NCBI GenBank assembly: GCA_902777015.1
Contig: CACYSA010000003.1
Coordinates: 77,471-141,470 of the forward strand
DNA from: an uncultured Erysipelotrichaceae bacterium
GTDB taxonomy: Bacteria > Bacillota_I > Bacilli_A > RFN20 > CAG-826
Direction of reading: 5' to 3'
Length of the DNA: 64,000 bases
The notes beneath the pieces are model-generated. The model did not search any database. It was not told the DNA's origin and saw nothing but the letters and a program-made list of their open reading frames with translations. Made by a program: the position numbers and the translations under genes. Numbering within the stretch: position 1 is the stretch's first letter; every line of letters begins with the position of its first letter. Shown here piece by piece: positions 28,290 through 37,472 of this stretch.

Positions 28290-29227
28290 TAGATAAATTT
28301 AGCGCCTAGAAGGTTTTGATTGCCGTTAATAAATGAACGGTAATCCATTCTCTTCTTACCTTCTTTTTGGAGTTCTAAAATGGCTAATTGTCCATTGTTT
28401 AATTGTATTAATAAGCCACGCTTATCCGCTTCAACGATTGTGCCAACTTCAGCGTTAACTTTGTTATTAGCGATATTAGCTTTAAAGATTTTTACTTTTT
28501 GGTCATTTAAATATAGATATGCACCTGGCTCATCACTAAGGCCTCTAATGAGACCATATATATCTTTAATATCTTTAGATAAATCGATTTTTTCTTGTTC
28601 TGGTTTAATTAAAGAGCAGAAAGTTACTTCATTTTCGTTTTGTTCTTCACCTTTAATTTCACCATTTATATATTTAGGTAATAATTCTAATACTAAGTCT
28701 CTCGCGGCTTCACCAATTTTCTTAAACAACGATGTTGAATTATCATCATCACTAATGATGACTTCTTTTTTTCCATACATCCTACCAGCGTCCATTGCTT
28801 TAACCATTTCCATCAGAGTCACACCTGTGACTTTTTCATTATTAATTAAAGCGGTTTGAATTGGAGAAGCCCCTCTTAATTTTGGTAATAATGAACCATG
28901 AAGATTCAAGCAACCTAAAGGAGGAATATCTAAGAAACCTTGAGGAACGATTTGCCCGTACGCAAGTGTAATGACTAAATCGACCTTTAGGTTATTCATG
29001 AATGAATAATCATCTCTAATTTTGATAGGTTGAAAGACTGGGATATTATATTTCTCAGCGACTAATTTTGTGGGACATTTTTCAATGATGCCTTTACGGC
29101 CCACTGGATGATCAGGTTGACAAACTAGACCCACAAAGTGATAACCATCATTAATCATCGCTTCAAAGACATCTGCGCTGATTTGAGGAGTACCCATAAA
29201 TATGAGATTTAAATCTTTCTTTTCCAT
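28289..29227 (-). CDS. fmt: Methionyl-tRNA formyltransferase
   Basis: IFMGTP, NLHGSLLPKLRGASPIQ; 312 aa. Confidence 0.95.
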   Translation of the reverse strand: MEKKDLNLIFMGTPQISADVFEAMINDGYHFVGLVCQPDHPVGRKGIIEKCPTKLVAEKYNIPVFQPIKIRDDYSFMNNLKVDLVITLAYGQIVPQGFLDIPPLGCLNLHGSLLPKLRGASPIQTALINNEKVTGVTLMEMVKAMDAGRMYGKKEVIISDDDNSTSLFKKIGEAARDLVLELLPKYINGEIKGEEQNENEVTFCSLIKPEQEKIDLSKDIKDIYGLIRGLSDEPGAYLYLNDQKVKIFKANIANNKVNAEVGTIVEADKRGLLIQLNNGQLAILELQKEGKKRMDYRSFINGNQNLLGAKFI

Positions 29228-29275
29228 ATGGAAATATTATACAAAAATACAGTGATTTTTGCTACTATAGGAAAG

Positions 29276-29716
29276 ATGAAAATTTTATTAGTGAGTGACT
29301 CTCATAGTGATTATGCTTCTTTAGACCGTTTAGCAGGTATGTATCCTAATATGGATTTATATCTTCACGCTGGGGACAGCGAACAAGATGAGTTTTCGAT
29401 TAAACCTTTTATTTCCGTCAGAGGGAACTGTGACCACTATTATGATTTTCCTAATTATTTAGTTATTCCTTCACCATTTGGAAGCATTTATGTGCAACAT
29501 TTTCCGACTGTATCTAAATCTTTATTAGATGAACACAAAGCAAAAATTGTCATTCATGGGCACACACATACTCGTAGAAATGAAATGAAGAATGGTATAT
29601 TATATGTAAATCCGGGCGCTATTAGTTACGCTAGGGATAAGTATGATGGTAGCTATGCCATCTTAGAAATTGACTCAAATCATGTAGATGTTAAATTCTA
29701 CACGTTAAATAAATAA
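29276..29716 (+). CDS. YfcE/MJ0936-type metallophosphoesterase
   Basis: MKILLVSDSHSD, HAGD, GNCD and HGHTH motifs. The start was moved to the ATG at 29276, which is preceded by AGGAAAG. Confidence 0.85.
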   Translation: MKILLVSDSHSDYASLDRLAGMYPNMDLYLHAGDSEQDEFSIKPFISVRGNCDHYYDFPNYLVIPSPFGSIYVQHFPTVSKSLLDEHKAKIVIHGHTHTRRNEMKNGILYVNPGAISYARDKYDGSYAILEIDSNHVDVKFYTLNK

Positions 29717-29726
29717 AGGATAGATT

Positions 29727-31706
29727 ATGAAACTTACAAGACAAATGATTGCCTCCTTTGTTCAAGAGGCAGCGGCTTTACTTAAGACTTCTCGTCGTTT
29801 TAGTAACATCTATCAACAGATGATGACTCAAAACAAAAAGAACGTCTATGCCGAATATTTTAATTTGAACAACAGAATTAAACGCTATAAATATAGCAAG
29901 ATGGATCAAAACGTTAAAAAATACGCTTTGTATTTATCTAATAAAATTAAAAAATCTGGTACAAACCGTGTTGTCCTTAAAATGGCTAACTCTCCTCAAT
30001 GGGGTGAAATCTTCTGGGCCTTATTAATGGCGGGTTTTGTGCCAATGCTTGTTGACGCTAAACTTCCAAGAGAAAATGTTATTAACTTAGCTAACCAAGG
30101 TAAAGCTATCGCTATTGTTAGTGATGATAACCACGAATACACTATTGATAAGATTAGATTAGACAATATCCTACAAAACGCTAAAGAAGAAATGACAAAT
30201 CCTTCTTGGGCGGATGAAGTTATCTTCTCTTCTAGTGGTACAACAGGTGATGCTAAACTCATGGTGTTTAACGGTGAAAACTTCGTTAACCAAGTGTGCT
30301 GTTCTTTAGATATGCCTAACGAAAGCTTAGATATTATGTATCCTAAGAAAGCAGGCAAAATTAAGATCTTAGCGATGATTCCATTCCACCACATCTTTGG
30401 TTTTGTCGCTGTCTTCTTATGGTATACATTCTATGGCACAACTTTAGTGTTCCCAAAGAGCAATACTCCAACAGATTTATTATCAATTTGCCAAAAAGTT
30501 GGCATTACTCACGTCTATAGTGTCCCATTATTCTGGGATTCATTAGCCTTATCAATTAAACGTAAATTTGCTTTGCAAAGTCCAGATAAACAAAAGCTTT
30601 TAGAAAAGATGATGGCCTATAACTTAGGTGAAATGGATGCTTCCGAAGCAGGATTTGCTAGTAAGAAAATTGTTAATGATAAAGTTAAAGGTAATATCTT
30701 AGGTAAACACGTCAGATACTGTATCTCTGGTGGCGGTTATCTTTCTAATGACACATTAAGAACAGTAAACGGCCTTGGCTATCCTTTATATAACGGATAT
30801 GGCATGACTGAAATCGGTGTCACTTCTGTTGAATTATCACCAGATGTTAAACAAAGATTATTAGGCTATATTGGTAAACCACTTCATGGTGTGGAATATA
30901 AAGTCGCAGAAGAAAATAACGAACTATTAGTGAAATCACCTACAATTCACATTAGAGAAATCATCGCTGGTGTGGAAAAAGAAACTGTTTTAGATAATGG
31001 TTATTTCCATACAGGTGATATCGTTAATAAAGAAGCAACTGGCTACACAATGAAAGGTAGAATGAAAGATGTCATCATTAACGCTGATGGTGAAAACATC
31101 TTCCCAGATGAACTTGAAATCTTCTTTAAAGATTTACCAAATGTCACTAACTTATCAGTTTTAGGTGTCATCAATAAAGATAAAGCCTTACGTGAAGACG
31201 TTGTCTTAGTCTTAGAACTTGATGATAAGACAAGCGAAGACGCTCTTAAGCGAATTGAAGCAACCGTTAAAGGTATTAAACTTCCTCACGATACAAAAAT
31301 TGACGCTATCTATTTAGCGAAGAACCGTTTACCAATGGCGAACAATATGAAAGTTAAGAGATTCGCTATTAAGAAAGAAATTGAGAATGGTTCTAATAAA
31401 TATGTTCTCATCAATCAAAAGAAAGTCTCTTCTAAAGTGAGAAAATTCTCTGATGATGCGTTAAAGAACATTCTTCCACAAGTGAGACAACTATTCTCCA
31501 AAATCTTGGTCTTGCCAACATTCAAAATTGATGATGAAGATCACTGGATTAATGACTTAGGCGGTGACTCCATGAACTATGTTGAATTAGTGCAAGAAAT
31601 CGATCGCGCCTTCAACATTGAGATTCCTGAAGAATCATATGGCAAGCTCACTTGCGTTAACGACTTTGTCGAAGAAATCGTCAGAGTTCAAAAAGAAAAT
31701 AAATAA
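29727..31706 (+). CDS. Stand-alone adenylate-forming enzyme fused to a C-terminal phosphopantetheine carrier domain (A-T didomain)
   Basis: SSGTTGDAKL, YGMTE, HTGD, GRMKDVIINADGENIFPDELE and NMKVKR, followed by the carrier motif DLGGDSMNYVELV. Confidence 0.8.
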   Translation: MKLTRQMIASFVQEAAALLKTSRRFSNIYQQMMTQNKKNVYAEYFNLNNRIKRYKYSKMDQNVKKYALYLSNKIKKSGTNRVVLKMANSPQWGEIFWALLMAGFVPMLVDAKLPRENVINLANQGKAIAIVSDDNHEYTIDKIRLDNILQNAKEEMTNPSWADEVIFSSSGTTGDAKLMVFNGENFVNQVCCSLDMPNESLDIMYPKKAGKIKILAMIPFHHIFGFVAVFLWYTFYGTTLVFPKSNTPTDLLSICQKVGITHVYSVPLFWDSLALSIKRKFALQSPDKQKLLEKMMAYNLGEMDASEAGFASKKIVNDKVKGNILGKHVRYCISGGGYLSNDTLRTVNGLGYPLYNGYGMTEIGVTSVELSPDVKQRLLGYIGKPLHGVEYKVAEENNELLVKSPTIHIREIIAGVEKETVLDNGYFHTGDIVNKEATGYTMKGRMKDVIINADGENIFPDELEIFFKDLPNVTNLSVLGVINKDKALREDVVLVLELDDKTSEDALKRIEATVKGIKLPHDTKIDAIYLAKNRLPMANNMKVKRFAIKKEIENGSNKYVLINQKKVSSKVRKFSDDALKNILPQVRQLFSKILVLPTFKIDDEDHWINDLGGDSMNYVELVQEIDRAFNIEIPEESYGKLTCVNDFVEEIVRVQKENK

Positions 31707-31710
31707 ATAA

Positions 31711-31739
31711 TTGCATTATTTGTCTTATTTTGGTAATAT
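31711..31739 (+). promoter_or_regulatory. Candidate sigma-A promoter of rpsT
   Basis: TTGCAT (31711-31716), a 17-nt spacer ending in TGg, then TAATAT (31734-31739). Confidence 0.65.
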
Positions 31740-31769
31740 TACACTCGGCACTAAGAAAGAGGTAACTTT

Positions 31770-32033
31770 ATGGCTAACATAAAATCACAAATCAAACGTA
31801 TCAAAACAAACGAAAAAGCTCGTCAAAGAAATGCTTCCGCGAAAAGCGCTATCCGTACTTCCATTAAGAAAGTCAAATTAGCCGTTGAAGCCAAAGATTT
31901 AGCTAAGGCCGAAGAATTATTAAATGCGGCTTTCCGTTTAATCGATAAATCCGTCAGCGATGGCATTCAACACAAGAATACTGCTGCTAGACAAAAAGGC
32001 GAACTTTCACGTTTAGTCAACGCTATTAGATAA
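31770..32033 (+). CDS. rpsT: 30S ribosomal protein S20
   Basis: MANIKSQIKRIKTNEKARQRN...; 87 aa. Confidence 0.97.
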   Translation: MANIKSQIKRIKTNEKARQRNASAKSAIRTSIKKVKLAVEAKDLAKAEELLNAAFRLIDKSVSDGIQHKNTAARQKGELSRLVNAIR

Positions 32034-33014
32034 TTATTTTCTTTTGAAATTAATTAAGAATAGCTCAAAGCTATAGAAGCGGTCCACAAGACCGCTTTTA
32101 ATTTGTAAATCTAATTGATATAAGTCTTCTAATGTTTGATTAATTCTTTTCATAGAGATGACAAAACTATTTTTTCTAAGAATCTTTGCTCTCACTGGAT
32201 GGATAGCGAGTTCTTTAGCGATATCATCTGGGGAATAACCGTGTCTAGCTAAATATGAAACGCGATTTAATAATCTAAATTGATTAGCAATTAAGCTGAT
32301 TAAAGTAACTGGTTCAACATTTTGACTTTTTAAGTCACGGAATAAAGTAACTGCATCCATATTCTTATCATCCACTAAATAATTGAATAATAAGAAAGAA
32401 TTCTCTTCTAATGGACGGGTGACCATTAAAGTGACATCGTTAAAACGAATGTGATCGGTATATAAGGCTAATTTGCTACCATTATTAAATAATGAAGCAT
32501 AATCACCATCAGTTCTTCTAGCGAGTTCATTAATTGCGTCACTATCGACAATGACATTTGGCCAATTCTTTTGGAAATAATGTTTTACAACTTCTGTCCA
32601 TTGTTCTTGCTTTGGTTCAGGAAGATCCACTACTTGGCCGTTTTTCTCAATTAATTTAAATATTTCACTCTTTTTATCAATATCACTATTTGATGTATTA
32701 ACTAAAAAGATTAAGTCACAATCTGGATTAGGATTAGCTAAATATCCTTTTAAAGTGTCATAGTCTTGATCGCTTTCGATTTTGCTTTTAGTTCTTTCTT
32801 TTAATAAGAAATAAGGAGAATCGATGACAACCGCTTTAAAGTCATAGCCTAAAGGAATGTAATTAGCCTCATCAATAATATCTTGAATAAGTGTTAAAGA
32901 ACCATCGAATTTTACAAAGTTCATTGGATCAATCTCAGTTAGAGATTTCTTAACGATACTTTTCATTTGACTCTTTAAACGAATGTTCTGTTTGCCACTT
33001 ATTAAATAAATCAT
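32034..33014 (-). CDS. holA: DNA polymerase III delta subunit
   Basis: 326 aa in the comEC-holA / rpsT position. Has the delta N-terminal pattern (MIYLISG...) and a helical C-terminus. Confidence 0.8.
   Translation of the reverse strand: MIYLISGKQNIRLKSQMKSIVKKSLTEIDPMNFVKFDGSLTLIQDIIDEANYIPLGYDFKAVVIDSPYFLLKERTKSKIESDQDYDTLKGYLANPNPDCDLIFLVNTSNSDIDKKSEIFKLIEKNGQVVDLPEPKQEQWTEVVKHYFQKNWPNVIVDSDAINELARRTDGDYASLFNNGSKLALYTDHIRFNDVTLMVTRPLEENSFLLFNYLVDDKNMDAVTLFRDLKSQNVEPVTLISLIANQFRLLNRVSYLARHGYSPDDIAKELAIHPVRAKILRKNSFVISMKRINQTLEDLYQLDLQIKSGLVDRFYSFELFLINFKRK
32077..32105 (+). terminator. rpsT terminator lying inside the 3' end of the convergent holA CDS
   Basis: AAGCGGUC-CACAA-GACCGCUU followed by UUAAUUUG on the plus strand. 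Confidence 0.7.
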
Positions 33015-33056
33015 ATATGTATTATAAAATATTTTATATTTTGTTTCGATAGAATA

Positions 33057-33153
33057 TTGACGAAAATATCTATATAGTGTTTTAATATTATTGTCATGTA
33101 GAGCCGTGAAATATTCGGTTGGACAATTGCCCTAGAAATAGGGTTTTATTTTT
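33057..33153 (+). ncRNA. Candidate small RNA (promoter, about 60-nt structured transcript, terminator) convergent with the 134-aa ORF
   Basis: TTGACG (33057-33062), 18 nt ending in TGt, TTTAAT (33081-33086). A stem attgtc(33090-95)/gacaat(33122-27) encloses agccg/cggtt. Then ccctaGAAAtaggg followed by ttttattttt (33130-33153). Confidence 0.25.
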
Positions 33154-33154
33154 G

Positions 33155-33559
33155 CTAATAGATAATATTCTTTTTCCTTTGTATTCTCTTAAGAAATCTT
33201 TTATCTCTTCTAGATATATTTTTACTATATCTTGGTTTTGCTGTGCTAATCTTTCTTAAATAATTCTTCTTATCTTCTTTGTTGAATCGCATATCCTGCA
33301 TTTCTATTTTACCAAAGTCTTTTCTTTTTCCGAAAAATGGGCGTTTGTTGACATAACTAACAGAAGTATGACCATCAGTTGGATGACTGAGCTGAATTAA
33401 GTTTTTATTATATGTTGTTCCAGTCGTCAAACACAGATATACGTTTCTATTATCGTTCTTCCAATAAATCATTCCAGGATGTCCAGATTTACTACCATCA
33501 TAGACTAGATAGAATCTTCCTTTTTTTAATTTATTTTTCATTTGTTTCTTTTTAGACAT
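33155..33559 (-). CDS. Hypothetical, very basic 134-aa protein inserted between comEC and holA
   Basis: K/R-rich N- and C-termini with a central core GRFYLVYDGSKSGHPGMIYWKND..LCLTTGTT...SYVNKRPFFG. No family recognised. Confidence 0.45.
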   Translation of the reverse strand: MSKKKQMKNKLKKGRFYLVYDGSKSGHPGMIYWKNDNRNVYLCLTTGTTYNKNLIQLSHPTDGHTSVSYVNKRPFFGKRKDFGKIEMQDMRFNKEDKKNYLRKISTAKPRYSKNISRRDKRFLKRIQRKKNIIY

Positions 33560-33575
33560 AGTATTCCTTTCTATT

Positions 33576-35585
33576 TCAATTGGAAAATTGTTTAAATGTG
33601 ATTGTGCCTTCGATATCTGTTCTTCTTATTTCGATGCCTTTTTTATTTAAAGTGGCCACTACTGATTTAGATGGATGACCAAATTTATTGTTCTTGCCAC
33701 ACGAAACAATTGCGGTTTTAGGATCTAAATAATTTATCCATTCTTCAGAAGAAGATGTATCCGAACCATGATGACCCACTTTTAAGATGTCACAAGAAAT
33801 TGATTCATAATCTTTAATGATTTTCTTTTCTACCCAACTAGGAGCGTCGCCCATAATCATGAAATCTTTATTTAATAAATGAAAAGAAAGCACTAAAGAG
33901 CGGTCATTTTCTTCATTGCTAGTCACTCCATATGTGTTGTAATTATTAAAAGTTAAGCCATCTATATTAATAGGAAAAGAAGAATAATAATCATGAATGT
34001 TATTTATTTGATACTCTTTTTGTAAATTTTCTAAGGCTCCATAATGGTCATAATCATAATGGGTGATAAAAACTGTATCGATTTTATAGATACGTTTCTT
34101 TCTTAAAAACGGAATCAAATTGTTATTAGCGATGTCACTATAAGTTAAGCCACCTGTATCAATTAAGATGACTTTTTGATGATGCCTAATAAGGGTACAA
34201 TCACCTTGACCAACGTTAACAAAACTCACTTCATCTGTTAACCTATTTTCTATAGGAACAGCGTATAAGATAGAAATACCCACCATCGTCAAAGTTATTA
34301 GATGCTGAATTGGTTTAAAATTAACGGTAATGCAGTACGTATAAATAAAGAATAAAGCGTAATAAATCACTAATAATATCTGATAGAAATCAGGAAGATA
34401 AATACCAAAACTAAGAACGCTTATAAATGAAGTATATCCTTTTAATAAAAAGATAAATAATCTAGTAAAAGCGTAAAAAGGTATTTTAAAGAAACATAAT
34501 AAACTAGATACGCCTAATAAAAGAAATAAAGGCGTACTTATCATCTGTAAAGGAAGCGATAAAATGACGATTTTATGATAATAATGCACCTCAAAAGGTA
34601 TAAAAAACAAATAAATCGTTAACATCCGCCAGAGATAGTTTTTAACTTTGCTGCTTGGATAAATATCTCTAATTAAATAAGAAATAATAGGAATAGCAAA
34701 GCCTAATAAGAAAGAATCTTGATATGCTAAATAATGATCAAATAATAAGCAAACACATCCCCCTATTCCTAATATTTCTAAATATGTAAAACGCTTTTTA
34801 AGAATGAATTCATTAATCCATTTTAAGATTAATAAAAAGAACACTCTAAATACTGAAAAACGTGGTAAAGTTGCTAAGACATAAAAGCTTAATAATATGA
34901 TAGTAATAAGCTTTGAATGTTTATCCTTCACAAATAAACTTAACAAATAATTAATTATCGTTACAAATAGTCCAACATAAAGACCACTCGCGGACATAAA
35001 TCTTGCTAAATGAAGATTGTTTAATGACTCGTTTGTGACATCATCATCTCCATCAGAAAATAAGAGCTGTCTAACAATATTTCTTTCGTTAGCGTTAAAG
35101 TGATCAAGCGCGGATTCCCTCATCTGATTAATGCGGATGAAATTATGCCACTTCACTTTAATATAGGAAGGCGCTAAAGAATGATATACACCACGTTTAT
35201 TAAGATAATCTTTAAAATCAAAACCGGATTCTAGAGTTATAAAATCTAATTGTTCTTTTTTACCTTCGATTGTTAGATAGTCGCCTAAATCATAATCATG
35301 TCCTTTGCTATAGACATATAATCTTTCTCCTTGGCTATTAAGGAGGAAATAGTTCTCTTTAACGGTATAAACAAAGCCACTATAGGTTGTTTTATTATAT
35401 GAAATATTAATAAATGATATGCCTAAACCGAGAACTATTCCTCCTAAAGAGACAAGAAAGGCAATGAGCTTAAACCTCTTTAATACTAATAATAGAAAGA
35501 TTATTGAAAGGATAATGAAAATTACTAACGAAGTTGTTAGCACATTGCCTAAATAAAACGCTACAAAGAACAAAAAGATAATCAC
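33576..35585 (-). CDS. comEC: DNA internalisation competence protein ComEC/Rec2
   Basis: Polytopic membrane domain plus a C-terminal metallo-beta-lactamase domain (FVNVGQGDC, ITHYDYDHYG, VGHHGS). Confidence 0.9.
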   Translation of the reverse strand: MIIFLFFVAFYLGNVLTTSLVIFIILSIIFLLLVLKRFKLIAFLVSLGGIVLGLGISFINISYNKTTYSGFVYTVKENYFLLNSQGERLYVYSKGHDYDLGDYLTIEGKKEQLDFITLESGFDFKDYLNKRGVYHSLAPSYIKVKWHNFIRINQMRESALDHFNANERNIVRQLLFSDGDDDVTNESLNNLHLARFMSASGLYVGLFVTIINYLLSLFVKDKHSKLITIILLSFYVLATLPRFSVFRVFFLLILKWINEFILKKRFTYLEILGIGGCVCLLFDHYLAYQDSFLLGFAIPIISYLIRDIYPSSKVKNYLWRMLTIYLFFIPFEVHYYHKIVILSLPLQMISTPLFLLLGVSSLLCFFKIPFYAFTRLFIFLLKGYTSFISVLSFGIYLPDFYQILLVIYYALFFIYTYCITVNFKPIQHLITLTMVGISILYAVPIENRLTDEVSFVNVGQGDCTLIRHHQKVILIDTGGLTYSDIANNNLIPFLRKKRIYKIDTVFITHYDYDHYGALENLQKEYQINNIHDYYSSFPINIDGLTFNNYNTYGVTSNEENDRSLVLSFHLLNKDFMIMGDAPSWVEKKIIKDYESISCDILKVGHHGSDTSSSEEWINYLDPKTAIVSCGKNNKFGHPSKSVVATLNKKGIEIRRTDIEGTITFKQFSN

Positions 35586-36127
35586 GAATGAAGAATGACG
35601 TAATTACGCACTTTGTGATAGGTAGCGTTACCAATGCCGTACACTGCAAGTAAATCTTCAATTGTGTTGAAATTACCGTTTTCGTTACGATAAGAAACAA
35701 TGGAACTAGCAATTGCGGTTGTTATACCAGTGACAGTCATTAAAGTTTGAGCATCATCTTCGTTGATATTAACTTTACTAATTTCGCTTTTAGAGCAAAT
35801 ATCAGTTTCATCAAACTTACTAGCAATGTAATAAGTTGTGCCCGCTTTTAACTGTGCGTTTTCAAAGTATGCTAAATCGTCTGCGTTAGCGGTTGTTCCA
35901 CCGGCGGCTTCTAATAAGTCATGCATTGTAATTCCATCGCTTAGGACATACGTTCCAGACTTATAGACCTCGCCTTCAATTGTGTACTTGCTACCTTGGT
36001 TGGTAGAAATTTCGGTGATGTTGTTGCTATTACTCGGATTAACAGGATTCAAATCAGGATCGATGATGAGAAAGCCAATAATAGCGATAAAGGCAACGAT
36101 AACAACACCAATTAAAACTTTTGCCAT
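35582..36127 (-). CDS. comEA: Competence protein ComEA (DNA receptor)
   Basis: N-terminal TM helix, an SLBB-like middle region and a C-terminal helix-hairpin-helix (LLAVYGIGNATYHKV). Confidence 0.88.
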   Translation of the reverse strand: MAKVLIGVVIVAFIAIIGFLIIDPDLNPVNPSNSNNITEISTNQGSKYTIEGEVYKSGTYVLSDGITMHDLLEAAGGTTANADDLAYFENAQLKAGTTYYIASKFDETDICSKSEISKVNINEDDAQTLMTVTGITTAIASSIVSYRNENGNFNTIEDLLAVYGIGNATYHKVRNYVILHS

Positions 36128-36158
36128 AAAAAAACCTCCTATATTGTTAGTAGGAGGG
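36128..36158 (-). terminator. greA terminator whose 3' arm and U-run also serve as the comEA SD and spacer
   Basis: Minus-strand CCUCCUA-CUAACAAUA-UAGGAGG-UUUUUUU-AUG(comEA). Confidence 0.7.
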
Positions 36159-36184
36159 TTTTCTTGATTTTGTCCGAAAAAATT

Positions 36185-36658
36185 TTATTTTATTTCAATT
36201 TTGACGATTTCGACTTTGTAAGTTTTAATCGCTTTGACTTCGATGATGTCACCAACTGTCTTACCCACTAAGGCTTCACCTAATGGACAGGAGTTAGAGA
36301 TTTTACCATTGACTGGGTCAGATTCAACTGTACCGACAATCATGTAAGAAACTTCTTTACCATTTTCTAAGAAACGGATTGTGACTGTAGAACCTAAACC
36401 GACTTTCTTAGTGCTTGTTTTACCTTCTTCGATAATTTCAGCATTGGCTAAGATATTTTCAATTTCTTTAATACGGCCTTCGACTTCAGCTTGTTTGCCT
36501 CTAGCAGCATCGTAGTCAGCGTTTTCAGATAAGTCACCTTGCGCACGAGCTTCTGCTAATTGTCTTTTAACTTCTTCTCTGGCTTCATCGACTAAATATT
36601 TTAATTCTTCTTGTAATTTTTTATAACCAGCTTTGGTAAGTTTTTGTTTGTCTGCCAT
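36185..36658 (-). CDS. greA: Transcription elongation factor GreA
   Basis: LTKAGYKKLQEELKYL...DLSENADYDAA...; 157 aa. Confidence 0.96.
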   Translation of the reverse strand: MADKQKLTKAGYKKLQEELKYLVDEAREEVKRQLAEARAQGDLSENADYDAARGKQAEVEGRIKEIENILANAEIIEEGKTSTKKVGLGSTVTIRFLENGKEVSYMIVGTVESDPVNGKISNSCPLGEALVGKTVGDIIEVKAIKTYKVEIVKIEIK

Positions 36659-36723
36659 ATAATTACCTCATTTCTGCAAGCGATATTATATCAATATCGC
36701 ATTAATAATGCTACGATTTTGTG

Positions 36724-37005
36724 TTATTTGTCTGATTGCTTTAATTCTTGGATCTTTGGATCGTCTTGCCAAGCGTTAAAAACTTCTTCTACTTCTTCGT
36801 ATTCTTCATCGTCTTCAATTGGGCTTAAATCACCATCATTTGTGTAGCGCATGACGACGACTTCTTCATCTTTATCTTCGGTGTCATAAAAGAAGACATA
36901 GGAAGTATTTCTTTCTTCGTTTTCATATGTGAAAAGGATTTCCATTAAATGTTCTTTACCTTCATTATCGGTAACAACCATTTGTTTTTCGTTTTTGATT
37001 TCCAT
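36724..37005 (-). CDS. DUF1292/UPF0473 (YrzB-like) small acidic protein
   Basis: VTDNEGKEHLMEILFTYENEERNTSYVFF pattern. Located directly after ruvX, as in Bacillus. Confidence 0.75.
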   Translation of the reverse strand: MEIKNEKQMVVTDNEGKEHLMEILFTYENEERNTSYVFFYDTEDKDEEVVVMRYTNDGDLSPIEDDEEYEEVEEVFNAWQDDPKIQELKQSDK

Positions 37006-37006
37006 A

Positions 37007-37432
37007 TTAGTTTCCTTTCATTCTTAAATATGTATCGAGGATGACACACGCTGCAATCTTATCGACATTGTCTTTTCTTTGCTGATGGTTCATACCTCTA
37101 TCTGAGATGAAATTATTCGCTGTGACACTTGATAATCTTTCATCCATTGTTTCGATGTTGAGTGATGGTTTTTCTTTCTTCAAATCTTCAATAAAACGTA
37201 AAACGTTTTGACTCATCTCACTTTGTTCACCTGATAAGTGAAGGGGCATACCAATCACGATATCATTAATCATCATCTTTTCTGATAATTCGATGACATG
37301 TTTTCTAGCAACGATATATTGGTTTCTATCAAAGCGGAAAGTCTCTAAACCGTGTACAAAACCAAGAGCGTCGTTATAGGCCACTCCGAGTGTTTTTGTT
37401 CCTAAATCTAAAGAGAGATACTTTTTAACCAC
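37007..37432 (-). CDS. ruvX: YqgF/RuvX-family putative pre-16S rRNA nuclease
   Basis: LSLDLGTKTLGVA...IVIGMPLHLSG...; 141 aa. Confidence 0.9.
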   Translation of the reverse strand: MVKKYLSLDLGTKTLGVAYNDALGFVHGLETFRFDRNQYIVARKHVIELSEKMMINDIVIGMPLHLSGEQSEMSQNVLRFIEDLKKEKPSLNIETMDERLSSVTANNFISDRGMNHQQRKDNVDKIAACVILDTYLRMKGN

Positions 37433-37472
37433 GTTAATATATTAACGCGTTTATCAAATTATCGTTAGTGAT

